A stretch of 61,751 bases of DNA, counting the filler. It is 8 parts of 8 records of this genome, joined end to end, with 100 filler letters (N's around TTAATTAATTAA, not from the genome) between each part and the next. Parts side by side here need not be neighbours in the genome. Positions count along the whole stretch, not along the records: positions 16,252 to 21,396 come from SRR31156797_59418; positions 21,497 to 28,065 come from SRR31156797_59421; positions 28,166 to 35,251 come from SRR31156797_59439; 5 more parts are not named here. The stretch is one strand, 5' to 3'. Positions within the stretch are counted from its first letter, which is position 1. Each line of letters opens with the position of its first letter. The notes beneath the pieces are model-generated. The model ran no database searches. It saw nothing but the letters and a program-made list of their open reading frames with translations, and was not told the origin of the DNA. Made by a program: the position numbers and the translations under genes. Of the stretch, positions 19,237-30,530 are shown in pieces.

Positions 19237-20124
19237 TTAAGATGGGTCGAGCTGTGCCTTTTTGATCATATCATAACAGGGTTGATAATCTTGATCCGTA
19301 GTTGGAATAAATTGTATGGCCCCAAATTTGACCAATATTTCAAGGCCTTCGGGATTTTCATGCATTTGTAACAGGGCAGTCGTCAGGGCTTGAATCAGGG
19401 CAGGTTCCAGTTCAGGTTCTACGGCAAAGGTGTTGGACGGTACTGAATCAGATTCAGCCAAGATCGTCATGGATTGGGCAAAGTCCGGATAATCACGTTT
19501 CAAGCCATTAAATATATGGTTTTTCAGCGCACCAATATCTGCTTCATTGTAATAAACAGTCCAGGCCGCACCTTCATGGCTGCCGGCATACACAACACTG
19601 GAGAAAAATGAATCCAAATTATTGACTCCGTGCTCCAGCAGATAGGCTTTGGGAAATACATAACCAGCAGTGGTGTTTCTGCTTACCAGAACAAGGGATC
19701 TGTTTTTCAAATCGGAAAGCGCTTTGACCCCTTTGTCCTTACGTGTGATTAAGTAACCTGAATAGGTGGACTCCCCGTTTGCCCACACCGGCCGGGCCAC
19801 TGGGATGATACCGGTGTTCTGCCGGGTTTTTACATAAGAAAAACTGCCGAAAAACCCGGCTTGCGCCTTTTTATTCTTAATAACATCGGACATCCGGTCA
19901 TAAGATACCAAATCCAGTCGAAGATGGATATTCAGCTTAGTTGCCAAATAATTGGATAGGTGTCTGTATCGGCGAAGCTGATCACTTTGGTTTTTTTCAG
20001 GAATCAGGGCGATGGTTATCTGACGGGTCTGCCATTGAGATTGTGCAACCGCAGTCTTTGCTAACCCACTGATGATCCCAACGACCAGTATAAGCCGCCA
20101 GAAAAATGATATTTTTCGTTTCAT
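19237..20124 (-). CDS. PhnD/phosphonate-type periplasmic substrate-binding protein
   Basis: Signal peptide; Y.G.LITRKD, TTAGYVFP, AGSHE.A...VY..EADIGA and F.PTTDQDY motifs. Confidence 0.85.
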   Translation of the reverse strand: MKRKISFFWRLILVVGIISGLAKTAVAQSQWQTRQITIALIPEKNQSDQLRRYRHLSNYLATKLNIHLRLDLVSYDRMSDVIKNKKAQAGFFGSFSYVKTRQNTGIIPVARPVWANGESTYSGYLITRKDKGVKALSDLKNRSLVLVSRNTTAGYVFPKAYLLEHGVNNLDSFFSSVVYAGSHEGAAWTVYYNEADIGALKNHIFNGLKRDYPDFAQSMTILAESDSVPSNTFAVEPELEPALIQALTTALLQMHENPEGLEILVKFGAIQFIPTTDQDYQPCYDMIKKAQLDPS

Positions 20125-20141
20125 ACCATCCTCATTTTACA

Positions 20142-21035
20142 TCACTGTTCAAAGGAAAGTGTGATGATTTGTTCGACATCACCGGAACCAAACAAAGGTT
20201 CATCAATGTTGGGATTAGGCAGCCGTCCTGCTATTTCGAACCTTGAAATGCCAAGCAAATATGTTTTTTTGATATTCAATTGTACATCGTCATTATGTCC
20301 TGTCTGCAATGCCCGCTGAAATTCGATGATCCATTCCTTTTCTTTCCATGTACCTTTTGCCCTGACATCAGAGCGGCTCCCAGTGGGGGGCTGGTAGTCA
20401 AACATAGGAATTTTGTTACCTTGAAAGTCAACTGCCAGGCGTGTGGTATAGGCTGCTTTTCCCTGATCACCCTTTCTGATTAAAAACAAGCGCTGGTTAT
20501 CCAGACTGACAATCTCTTTAGCACGCTTGGCAAATTCTTTTTGAAGGTATTGTATTTTATCGTCTGCATATCCTTTTGGATCTGTACGATGCGCTTTCCA
20601 ATACCAGATATCCGCTGTGTGGGGTTTCCCTGCGAACAGGCTGAACCCATTGGGTGAATATTCCATAAACCATTTGATAACAAGTGAATCTTCTCTTTGA
20701 GGCCCTATTTTATATAAATTTGAGGATTCATCCCATATCCAAGCTTTATGCATTCTGTCTTCGTCAGGATCAAAATACCGTACAAGCAATGATATTGAGT
20801 TATTGTCGTGAATCGCTTTTATGGTAATATCAATGTCTGCTATAGGGTCATGAATGGTTGTCTCTTTTACTTTTTTCCAGGCCGGCTCATGTTCAACTCC
20901 GTCAATAATAATAGGATCCGTTGCTTTTACTGCCACAATAGGGATTTTACAAAAACTAATTTTCGGTAACAGGATTATTGATAAAATAAAAATTTGAAAA
21001 ATCAACATACGAGAGTATTTTCGCATACTATTCAA
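20142..21035 (-). CDS. Ethylbenzene-dehydrogenase-gamma-like (EB_dh, DOMON heme-binding) exported protein
   Basis: Signal peptide; P.IDG...EP.W, KAIHD...I.LLVRY.D, ADIWYWKA.RT and A.G.WK...W.IEF.R.L.TG..DD motifs. Confidence 0.72.
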   Translation of the reverse strand: MNSMRKYSRMLIFQIFILSIILLPKISFCKIPIVAVKATDPIIIDGVEHEPAWKKVKETTIHDPIADIDITIKAIHDNNSISLLVRYFDPDEDRMHKAWIWDESSNLYKIGPQREDSLVIKWFMEYSPNGFSLFAGKPHTADIWYWKAHRTDPKGYADDKIQYLQKEFAKRAKEIVSLDNQRLFLIRKGDQGKAAYTTRLAVDFQGNKIPMFDYQPPTGSRSDVRAKGTWKEKEWIIEFQRALQTGHNDDVQLNIKKTYLLGISRFEIAGRLPNPNIDEPLFGSGDVEQIITLSFEQ

Positions 21036-21181
21036 TTCCTAAACTTATTTGCCGACATGGTGGAAACACGGCCAAAATTTTTATTGCTTGTGGTAACGAT
21101 TTTTAATTTGATTAATATTAACAACTGACTATATCATCGTTGTTATATTTTCAATACAGTTTTTTATACCCATACCTTTAG

Positions 21182-21396
21182 AGGGAACCTAGAGACATCG
21201 CCGAACTGATCGGCAAATTCTTTTTTTTTCGGGATCTTCCCAAAGAAGAACTCATGGCAATCGTGAAAGAGGCTACAAGAAGAAAAATGAAAAAAGGTGA
21301 TACCGTATTTATGCAGAGCGATTTGGCCGATGAAGTCTTTACTGTTTTAGTGCCTGAACGAAGATATGGAAATTTTGTCGAGTACAAGGCGGACGG
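21182..21396 (+). pseudogene. Crp/Fnr-type cyclic-nucleotide-binding-domain fragment
   Basis: Reads FFRDLPKEELMAIVKEATRRKMKKGDTVFMQSDLADEVFTVL. An in-frame TAG lies at 21179 with no start codon before the domain, and similarity is lost after ~21348. Confidence 0.5.
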
Positions 21397-21496
21397 NNNN
21401 NNNNNNNNNNNNNNNNNNNNNNNNNNNNNNNNNNNNNNNNTTAATTAATTAANNNNNNNNNNNNNNNNNNNNNNNNNNNNNNNNNNNNNNNNNNNN
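21397..21496. other. Artificial contig spacer
   Basis: N44-TTAATTAATTAA-N44. Confidence 0.98.
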
Positions 21497-24400
21497 AATA
21501 TAAGCGACTCCCTGGCTACCGGCATTACGCAAACAATTATAAATACCAATACTACAGCAGCTACAGTTACCTACACCATAACTCCCGAAAAAGACGGTTG
21601 CCTTGGAATTGACAATACTGTAACTATAACCGTACAGCCCGCAATCGATTTGCTTATTACCGATCCTGATACGGTATGCGAACCCGCAACCGTTGATTTG
21701 CAAGACGCTGCCATTGTTGCCGGTTCAACAGCAGGCCTTACTTACGAATATTATTTAGACTCAACATTATTTAGTTATCATCCTGATCCGGGAAATGCAA
21801 CTACCGGAAGATACTTTATAAAAGCTACCGACCCTGCAACCGGATGTTATTTGGTTGAAGGGGTGAATGCAGAAGTAATGCCAGCACCTCAATTAACTAG
21901 CACCTTAACACCGACAGGTATCTGTAGTAATGAAGTATTTTCTTATACCCCGACAAGCGATATTACGGGCACTTCTTTTGATTGGAGCAGGGCAGTAGTT
22001 GCTGGTATTAGTAATCCGGCCGAAACAGGTACAGATAATCCCAACGAATTTTTGGAGAATACAACAAATGATCCAATTGCAGTAACTTACACCTACACTT
22101 TAACAGCCAATGGCTGTAGCAATACTCAGGATGTTGTTGTTATGGTTACTCCAACGCCAGCCTTAACAAGCAGCTTAACTCCCGATGCTACTTGTAGTGG
22201 AACCTTATTTTCTTACGAACCAACAAGTGATATTTCAGAAACAAACTTCCCATGGACCAGGGCTGCTGTTCCCGGAATTAGCAATCCTGCTACATCGGGT
22301 ACAGGTAATCCCAATGAGGTTTTAATTAATACCACCTCTAATCCTTTGGGGGTTACTTACGAGTATACCTTAAACTCGAACGATTGTAACAATGCTGCTA
22401 CCTATTCTGTTGTGGTTGTGGTAATTCCATCGCCCAATGTTACTACAAGTGCTTCCGAAACTCTGGTTTGCCCGGGTGAAAGTGTAAATCTTTTTTCCTC
22501 TTCCGATATTACTTCCTCATCAGTAGATCCGATTGTTTTGGAAGAAGATTTTAATGGTGCAACAAATTCATGGACTACAACAAATTCTTCAACAGGAGGT
22601 ACACCTGCCAATGCGGCTTGGACCTTAAGGCCTGATAATTATTATAGTTTTCACTCAAACGATAATTCCCAGTTTTATTTTTCTGATAGTGATGATCAGG
22701 GTAATGGAACTACTGATGTAACCTTGGTTAGTCCCTCATTTAGTACTGTCGGCTATACGGAATTAGACCTTGAATTTTATCATTACTTTAGGTATTATAA
22801 TAATAGCTATGTTGCGATAGAGGCTTCTACCGATGGGAGTAACTGGAACACGATTCAATCTTATAATTACACCAGGGGAGGTTCAACCAGTTTTCAGGAT
22901 GAATCAATTTCTTTAGATGCCTATGTGGGTTATCCTTCTGTACAAATTAGATTCCACTATTACGCAACCTGGGGATGGTATTGGGCCATCGATAATGTTA
23001 CCATCTCAGGCGATGGAGGAACAGCGCCAGATGTAACCTGGACGTCTAGTCCGGCTGGCTTTACCTCAACTGAGGCCAACCCAAGTAATGTGGTTGTAAA
23101 CGAGGAAACCACATTTATTGCAACCTATGTTGATCCTGACACCAATTGCCCGGGTAGCGATTCGGTTACCGTTTATATGGATGAAACCCCTGATGCATCA
23201 ATAGCAGCCGATTATTGTGCCATCGATGGTAAAATTCAATTAACAGCATTGGGAGGAGCGGCTGGTGCTACCTACTTATGGAGTACGGGCGAAACTACGG
23301 ATTATATTGTCGTTGATGAGGTAAATATTTATACAGTTGACATTACAAATCCAAATGGCTGTTCCGATTTTGTAGCCTTGGATGTTAGTAACGAGCTTGT
23401 TGTAAACGGAGACTTTGAAGCAGGGAATACCGGCTTTACTTCGGGTTATGGTTATCGCGATTCCTGGACATATCCTGCTTTTCCATCTAATTCAGGAGAA
23501 AGTGCGTTATGGGCTGAGAACTATTATGGGATTGGTACAGATGCAAGGTATTATCATACCAATTTCTGGGGGCAACAAGACCATACATCAGGCAGTGGTA
23601 ATTTTATGATTGTAAATGGTAATGTTAATGCCGGTACAGCTATTTGGGAACAAACAGTAATTGTAGAAGAGAATATAAATTATTATTTCTCTGCCTGGGC
23701 TATGAGTTTAAATAGTGTAGGAAATGATGCTGTATTGCAGTTTGAAGTGAATGGAACTCTTGTGGGATCACTTGCCAGACTTGATCCCGGACAGAGCAAC
23801 AATAGTAATAATGGGTGGGTTCGATTCTACAGTACGCCATTGTGGAACTCTGGAAGTGTTAGTGGACCAATAACAATTAGAATACGAAATGTGGAACCTG
23901 CGGCAGGCGGTAACGATTTTGCACTGGATGATATTTCATTCGGAACCCTTGATCCACTGCCATTGGAAATTGAAGTAACTGCCAACGAAGTATGCGAAGG
24001 AGATACGCTATATTTAAATTCAAGTTCGGTAAATGGTCTCGAACCCATCACCTATTCGTGGACAGGCCCCAATGGCTGGACTTCTACCGAAGAAAATCCG
24101 GTTATACCAAATATTACATTGGCCGGTGCCGGGCAATATAAACTGGAAGCTCTTGATGGTTATGGTTGCGAAATTCTTCCCGACTCCACTACAGTTGTGG
24201 TTGAAACAGCACCAACTGCCAATGCCGGACCCGATACCACCATTTGTTCTACCGATTCTGTTATTCAACTGACAGGAGTTATTGGTGGTTCGGCTACATC
24301 AGCCATCTGGAGTGGTGGTACAGGCAGCTATTCGCCCGATGTTAATAATTTAAGTGCAGATTATACTTTAAGCCAGGCGGAAATAAGTGCGGGTATTGCC

Positions 24401-27400
24401 ACTTTAATACTTACAACCGATGATCCTTCGGGGCAATGCGAGCCAACGAGCGATACCATGGTAATTATTATTAACGAATCGCCGGTTATTGATTCCATTG
24501 TAACAACCGAACCTTTGTGTAATAGTGTACAGGATGGTACGGCAACCGCATACATTTCCGGAGGACAAACACCATACACCTATTTGTGGAGTACGGGGCA
24601 CACAACCCCAAGTATTTCAGGCCTGGGAGCAGATACTTTCTGGGTGGAAATTACTGATGCCAACCTTTGTGTTGTGGCCGATACTTTTATTATTGATGAG
24701 CCTGAGTCATTTGTAATTTCAGCCCGGTCGCCAGTGGTAATTCCTCCTTCGTGTTACGGTGCCGATGATGGCTGGGCCTTTGTTGAGGTGACGGGTGGAA
24801 TACCTCCTTATCAATTCGATTGGGACGCTAATGCCGATCCTTTAGATGTGTATCAGGATACAGCATATAACCTTTCGGCAGGCATTTATTATGTTTTTGT
24901 AACCGACTCGGCTTATTGTGCAGCTTCAAATATTCAGGTTACCGTGCCTGAACCACCTCCGCCAACCCTTACATGTCCGGGAGATGTGGAGGATATTATT
25001 GCTGCCGATAGTTGTTCAATAACTTACGATACCATTATGGATCCGAGCTACAATGGTTTTTGCGATGTAACTTTAACTTATGAAGTTACAGGAGCCACTG
25101 TGGCATCAGGTTTCAATGAAATTGGCAATCAGGTAGCCTTTAACGTTGGGCAATCGTTTGTGGAATATAAAATTGAAGATACAGCCGGAAATACCGACTC
25201 GTGTTCCTTTATGGTTTGGGTAAAACACCTCGATATTCCTACAGCCGAAATAACCTGTCCCCAACTAAATCCCGACACAGCTTATTCGGGAGCCAGCTGC
25301 GATGCTCTTGTTAGTTTGGATTCTTTAACTTACACCGATCCTTGTAACGAAATAGACTCGGTTTGGCATAATTCGCCTTATGGAACTACCACTACCGATG
25401 CAAGCGGTACTTATCCTATTGGTACAACTTCGTTTAGGTGGTTTACCCAGGATGTTTCGGGCAATATGGATAGTTCGTGTGTGGTGAATGTAGTGGTGGT
25501 TGATACCATCCCTCCAACCATAGATTGTAACAACCCTGCTTTGGTAAGCGAATATGCAACCGGTGATAGTTGTTCAAAAATTCCTACAACAATAAATGAT
25601 CCGATTATTGACGACGACTGTTGGGATACTGATTCATTGGAATTAAGCTATACCATTACCGGTCAAACAACTGCCAGCGGTGTTGATGCCATAACAGGAG
25701 TAGCTTTTCAAACCGGTATATCAACCGTAACTTATGTAGTAACCGATCCCGATGGTTATACCGATTCCTGTTCGTTCCAGGTAGAAATAGTAGATACAAT
25801 TCCACCGGGTATTGGCCTTGTAGGTTGCGAAAATGTTGAAGAAGATGCAGCACCAAACCTGTGTTCAAAAGTACCGGATAATATTCAGGATCCTGTACCA
25901 AGCGATAATTGTTGGGACCCTGATTCTTTAGACTTAAGCTTTGTGATTACCGGTGCGCTCGATTCCACAGGTGACGGTTATGTAAGTGGGATCGCCTTCC
26001 CGGTAGGTGTTTCGCATGTTTATTACACGGTTACCGATCCCGATGGACTATCCGATTCATGCGACTTTACTGTAACGATTGTTGATACCGTTCCTCCGGG
26101 TATTTCAATCGGATGTAGCCCAATAGTAGAAACTGCACCTGAAAATAGCTGTTCTATGGTGCCCCTAGGACTAGATGCTCCGGTGTATTCGGATAATTGC
26201 TGGGATGCTGTAGATCTGACATTAGCATACAGAATAACTGGAGCAACATCTGGCTCAGGTTTAGGTTCTGTCGTTGGTATTTCTTTTAACTTAGGCGTTT
26301 CCACAGTTACCTATATTGTTACCGATCCTGATGGTTTAAGTGATTCTTGCATGTTTGATGTAACTATTCTTCATACCAACTTTCCAAGTGCCAATATCAC
26401 TTGTCCTGCAGATACGGTTCGGGCAGATGCAGATCCGGTAAGCTGTTTGGCTGCAGTTGATTTAGATACTATGGCGTGGGTAGATCCCTGCAACGAGATT
26501 GATTCGGTATGGAACAACTCTCCTTATCGTAGCAGCGAAATGGATGCAGATGGAAATTATCCAATAGGAACAACTGATTTTACCTGGTACATAACCGATG
26601 TTTCGGGTAATATTGATAGTTGTAATGTGGTTGTGGTAATTACCGATATTGATGCGCCCCAGTTTTTAACTTGTGTAAACGATACGCTTGAGGACATCGT
26701 TGATGCAGCATCTTGTAGCATGACCAACTTTACAATGGTTGATCCAACCTACGATGTGGGTTGTGGAGCCGATTTACGCTGGGAGTTAAGCGGAGCAACA
26801 ATTGGAAGCGGAACGGGAATAATCCCTTCAACACAATCTTTTAATGTAGGAATAACCACAATCGAATATATTCTGGAAGACCTGAGCGGGAATGCTGATA
26901 CATGTGAATTCTGGGCCTGGGCCAAACATGCCAACTTCCCAAGTTCGAACATTACCTGTCCACCAACAAGCATGACAGAAACAGTTGATCCGGAGAACTG
27001 TGATAAATATGTATCTCTTGATACTGTAGAGTGGGTTGATCCATGTAACGAGCTGGATTCAATCTGGAATAACTCTCCTTACCGCAGCAGTGCCTCTGAA
27101 GCCAGCGGTGACTACCCAATAGGAACGACTGATTTTACGTGGTACATCACCGATGTTTCGGGTAATATAGATAGCTGTAATGTTAGTGTTACCGTTAACG
27201 ACCTGCCCCCAACGCTTACAGTTCCTGCTGATATTGTAGTAGATGCCGACTTTAATGAAACTTATGCTTCAGGTGTGCCGGTGCCACTTCCTGCTTTCGA
27301 AGACAATTGCGACTCTACCTTAACCTGGGTAATGTGGGGGGCAACTGTTTATACCGAAGGAGATACACTGAAACCGGATATTTATATAGTGCATTCTCCT

Positions 27401-28065
27401 GATACCTTTAACCTGGGAGTAACTTATATCGAATATACCTTTGAAGACGGGCATGGGAATGTTTTAGTCGATACTTTTACCATTACCGTTACCGGACCTC
27501 CCGATATTGATTGTCCGCCTGATACAACCATTTATTTAGATGGAAATGAAACAAACTGTGAGGCAACATTTGATCCGGGTGTAGCAGATCTTATCGAAGG
27601 AGTTCCGCCAATTACCTGGACTTATACCATGACTTTCCCAGACGGATCGATACAAACCGATACCTATGTAAGCAATGCGCCGGGTTATGCAACACCATTG
27701 GGTGATATCGATTTCCCACTGGGTGTTACAACCATTGAATGGCGTGCTGAAAACGTATCAGGATTTGATACCTGCTCGCATTGGGTGGAAGTGATCGATA
27801 CCATTCCACCAACGTTAACTTCACAGCCTTACGAAAATTGTGTTGATCCAATTCATTGGGCCATTTATAATCCAACGAGTCCAAATCCGATCTATGGTGT
27901 CGACCCTAACCTTGAAAAGAGTCCAAGCCCGGACTACAGGCTTTTTGAGGCAGGTGACACAGCTCTAGATATCGATACTCTTGAGGATAATTGTTGCGAT
28001 TCAGCTGATATGATCATTCATTGGCGCATAGAATTTGAAGACACACCGGATCCATTAAATCCTAC
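21497..28065 (+). CDS. Giant multi-domain surface protein (PKD-like, adhesin/CBM-like, SprB and HYR repeats), internal fragment of >2180 aa
   Basis: The frame is open across the entire contig. It has Ig-like T/V/D/C-rich repeats, 'W.WAIDNV.I' and 'GNDFALDDISF' beta-sandwich motifs, SprB 'GG..PY.Y.W' and HYR 'P.ITCP...F.VG.T.V.Y...D..GN.D.C.F.V.V.D'. AT-rich, Bacteroidota-like. Confidence 0.88.
21881..22420 (+). repeat. Tandem ~270-nt PKD-like domain repeats
   Basis: LTSTLTPTGICSNEVFSYTPTSD...GISNP...NPNE versus LTSSLTPDATCSGTLFSYEPTSD...GISNP...NPNE. Confidence 0.8.
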
Positions 28066-28165
28066 NNNNNNNNNNNNNNNNNNNNNNNNNNNNNNNNNNN
28101 NNNNNNNNNTTAATTAATTAANNNNNNNNNNNNNNNNNNNNNNNNNNNNNNNNNNNNNNNNNNNN
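28066..28165. other. Artificial contig spacer
   Basis: N44-TTAATTAATTAA-N44. Confidence 0.98.
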
Positions 28166-30108
28166 ATCTGGTCCGGAACATCCGAAGGGTCCGGGATGAG
28201 ATCCAGACCGGTTCCTGGTATGTGCTTCTGGATTTTGCCCGGTTTCTTTTGGATCATCTGCCCGGGGTATGGGCAAAAATCTCCGAAAAAGAGAACCAAA
28301 CCAATTCGTTAACCGCCCTGCCCCTTTTAAGTGCCGGTGAAGAAGAACTGGTAAAGGCTCTTACCGGCACCAGGCTGGATATCCGGTTGTTCCTGGATCT
28401 GGCCGTTGAAAACCTGACGGTCAGCGGTTACCATACCCAATCCCAGGACGGTTCCCTGTTCACGATATGGGACAAACTGCTGGATTTTTGGAAGTTTGAA
28501 ATTTACCTCAAGGTTTCCTGGGTTCTGTATGCTGCTGAGAGCCAGGCCGAAAAGGTCAGGGCCCGCGCAATGTCTATTCCGGGTTTTACGCCAGGGTTCC
28601 GTGCCACTTTGCTGTCGGTTCTTTCGTCATTGATATCCGGCGCTAAAGAAAGTTTCCTGGATTTTTCCAAAGCGTTGGAACGTAGCTTTCCGGCGATCAA
28701 AAACACCGCAGTTTCAGGGGTTGTGCCTGGATTTCATACGGATCTGGGCAAGCTGGCCCATTGTCTGAAAAAAATCAAATTACCGGCGGCCCAGCACCAG
28801 GTGGTTCAAACCCTCAACACGGATGGCCTGGATTCAGCCGGACTGGAAAAATCTTTGTGGTCCATGCTTGTTTTTTATTGGACCTTTGAAGCGCATGTGG
28901 AAGAGACAATCCGAACCATTGATCCGCAAAGCGTGGTGACCGATCTGGATTCCGGACAATCTGCCGATGTGCAGGCTTTCAGCGATACCTGGCTCCAAAC
29001 AGTTTTCGGCCAGGCCAAAACCGGGAATTGGTATCCCTTTATCCAGTTTGCATCGGATCTGGAAACCCATTGCCCGAAACTCCATGCCGAGGCGGTCAGG
29101 GAAGTATTTGGAAAACCCCCAAGCACGGATGCGACTATTCAGCAGTGGGTTACATTCCTTAAAACCAAGGTGATTAATGGTGAAGAACAGGAGGTCTTGT
29201 TCTTTCCCAACACAGGGCACCGCAATATCCGAATCATTCCGGTATTATCCCAAGCCCTGGTTGAAACCCTTGCCTGGGGTGAAAATCTGGAGGCCGTGGA
29301 CACATCCTATGACCGGAGCGTCCAGGTGGGAGGGGACGAATCAAAAATGAATGAGAGGTGGCCTGATTTTCTGTTTCCCCTGACCGACCCCCATCCGAAA
29401 CTGACGCTTTCCCAGAGCCACCTGGTTCCGGACCTCTCCCCGGAGTCGCCGGCGTCACTCGGAAATGCCGAGGACCTCCAGCTTCAACTGGATGCACTGG
29501 CAACGGATATCTATAAATTGGTCAAGGCCCAAAAGCCGTTGAACGGTGAGGGGCAATCCGATCTTCTAACCCATGATCCCCTGCTGGACACCAAGGACAT
29601 CCGGTTTGTGGTGCGGCTGGTATTTGAAAGACCCCATTGCGGGAATCTGTTCCAGCCCCGGATCAGCCCTGCCACGTGCAAGCTTGAAATGGCTCCGTTT
29701 TTTGATGTTGACGCCCCGGCCCGCCCGGTCCGGATTCGGATGCCCTTTGACATTTCTCCGGCCGGTTTGCGCAAATATAAAAAAAGCGCCATGGTCCTGT
29801 TTTCAGACATGATGTGCGGCAAAGTCAAGAAAACCAAAAAAATTACCCTGGCCGATCTGGTCCTGTCCGTGCTGCCCTGGCCGTTTCACAAGGATCTGCC
29901 CGATGTGGGGAAGGCAGGGCCCTGCAGGGATAAGAGCGGGGCCTCTTTGGGGATGATCTGCTCTTTGTCCATCCCCATTGTGACCTTGTGCGCCCTGATT
30001 CTTTTGACCATTATCGTTAAGCTGCTCAACATCTTTTTCAAGTGGATTCCCTGGTTTTTTATGTGTTTTCCCCTGCCAAACATCGACGGGCTCAAGGGAA
30101 AGGATTAA
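28166..30108 (+). CDS. Unknown CIS-associated protein with Cys-containing hydrophobic C-terminus (5'-truncated)
   Basis: Frame is open from the contig edge. Ends in FERPHC...APFFDVDAPARPVRI...ICSLSIPIVTLCALILLTIIVKLLNIFFKWIPWFFMCFPLP. The stop is 3 nt before the gp25 start. Confidence 0.78.
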
Positions 30109-30111
30109 ACC

Positions 30112-30528
30112 ATGACACAGACAATACCCATAAAGAAAAACAAAACCATTCCCGGCTCGCCCCTGGGGTGGCCCCTGCTTCCTGTGCCGGACAAGGGCGC
30201 GCTGTCCTATCCCACCCTGGAAGACAGCATCAAGCAGTCCATTCGCATCATCTTGCTGACCCGGCCAGGCGAGCAGTTGATGCGCCCCCGGTTTGGTGCG
30301 GGATTGTCAAGGTTTCTGCATCTGCCCAATACCCTGGAAACCCGGCGGCAGATCCAGGAAACGGTATTCAAGGCCCTTGCCCAATGGGAGCATCGCATGG
30401 TGGTGCTTCAGGTGGAGGTATGGGAAGATGAAGAAACACCGGAAGCGGTTCGCATTGAGATTGCGTACAAAATCAGGCGAACCCGAGAACAGGTAACAAC
30501 AACGGTTAAATTGAATTTGGGAAGCTGA
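30112..30528 (+). CDS. GPW/gp25-family baseplate wedge / sheath-initiator protein
   Basis: GWP...SIKQSIRIILLTRPGEQLMRPRFGAGL...ALAQWE.R...I.I.Y motif. Confidence 0.9.
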   Translation: MTQTIPIKKNKTIPGSPLGWPLLPVPDKGALSYPTLEDSIKQSIRIILLTRPGEQLMRPRFGAGLSRFLHLPNTLETRRQIQETVFKALAQWEHRMVVLQVEVWEDEETPEAVRIEIAYKIRRTREQVTTTVKLNLGS

Positions 30529-30530
30529 TT

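Noticed and set aside
19237-20124. AioX/ArxX arsenite sensor, or a phosphonate uptake system
   Set aside because: The arsenite-binding Cys is not evident, and no aio/arx or phnCE genes are on the contig.
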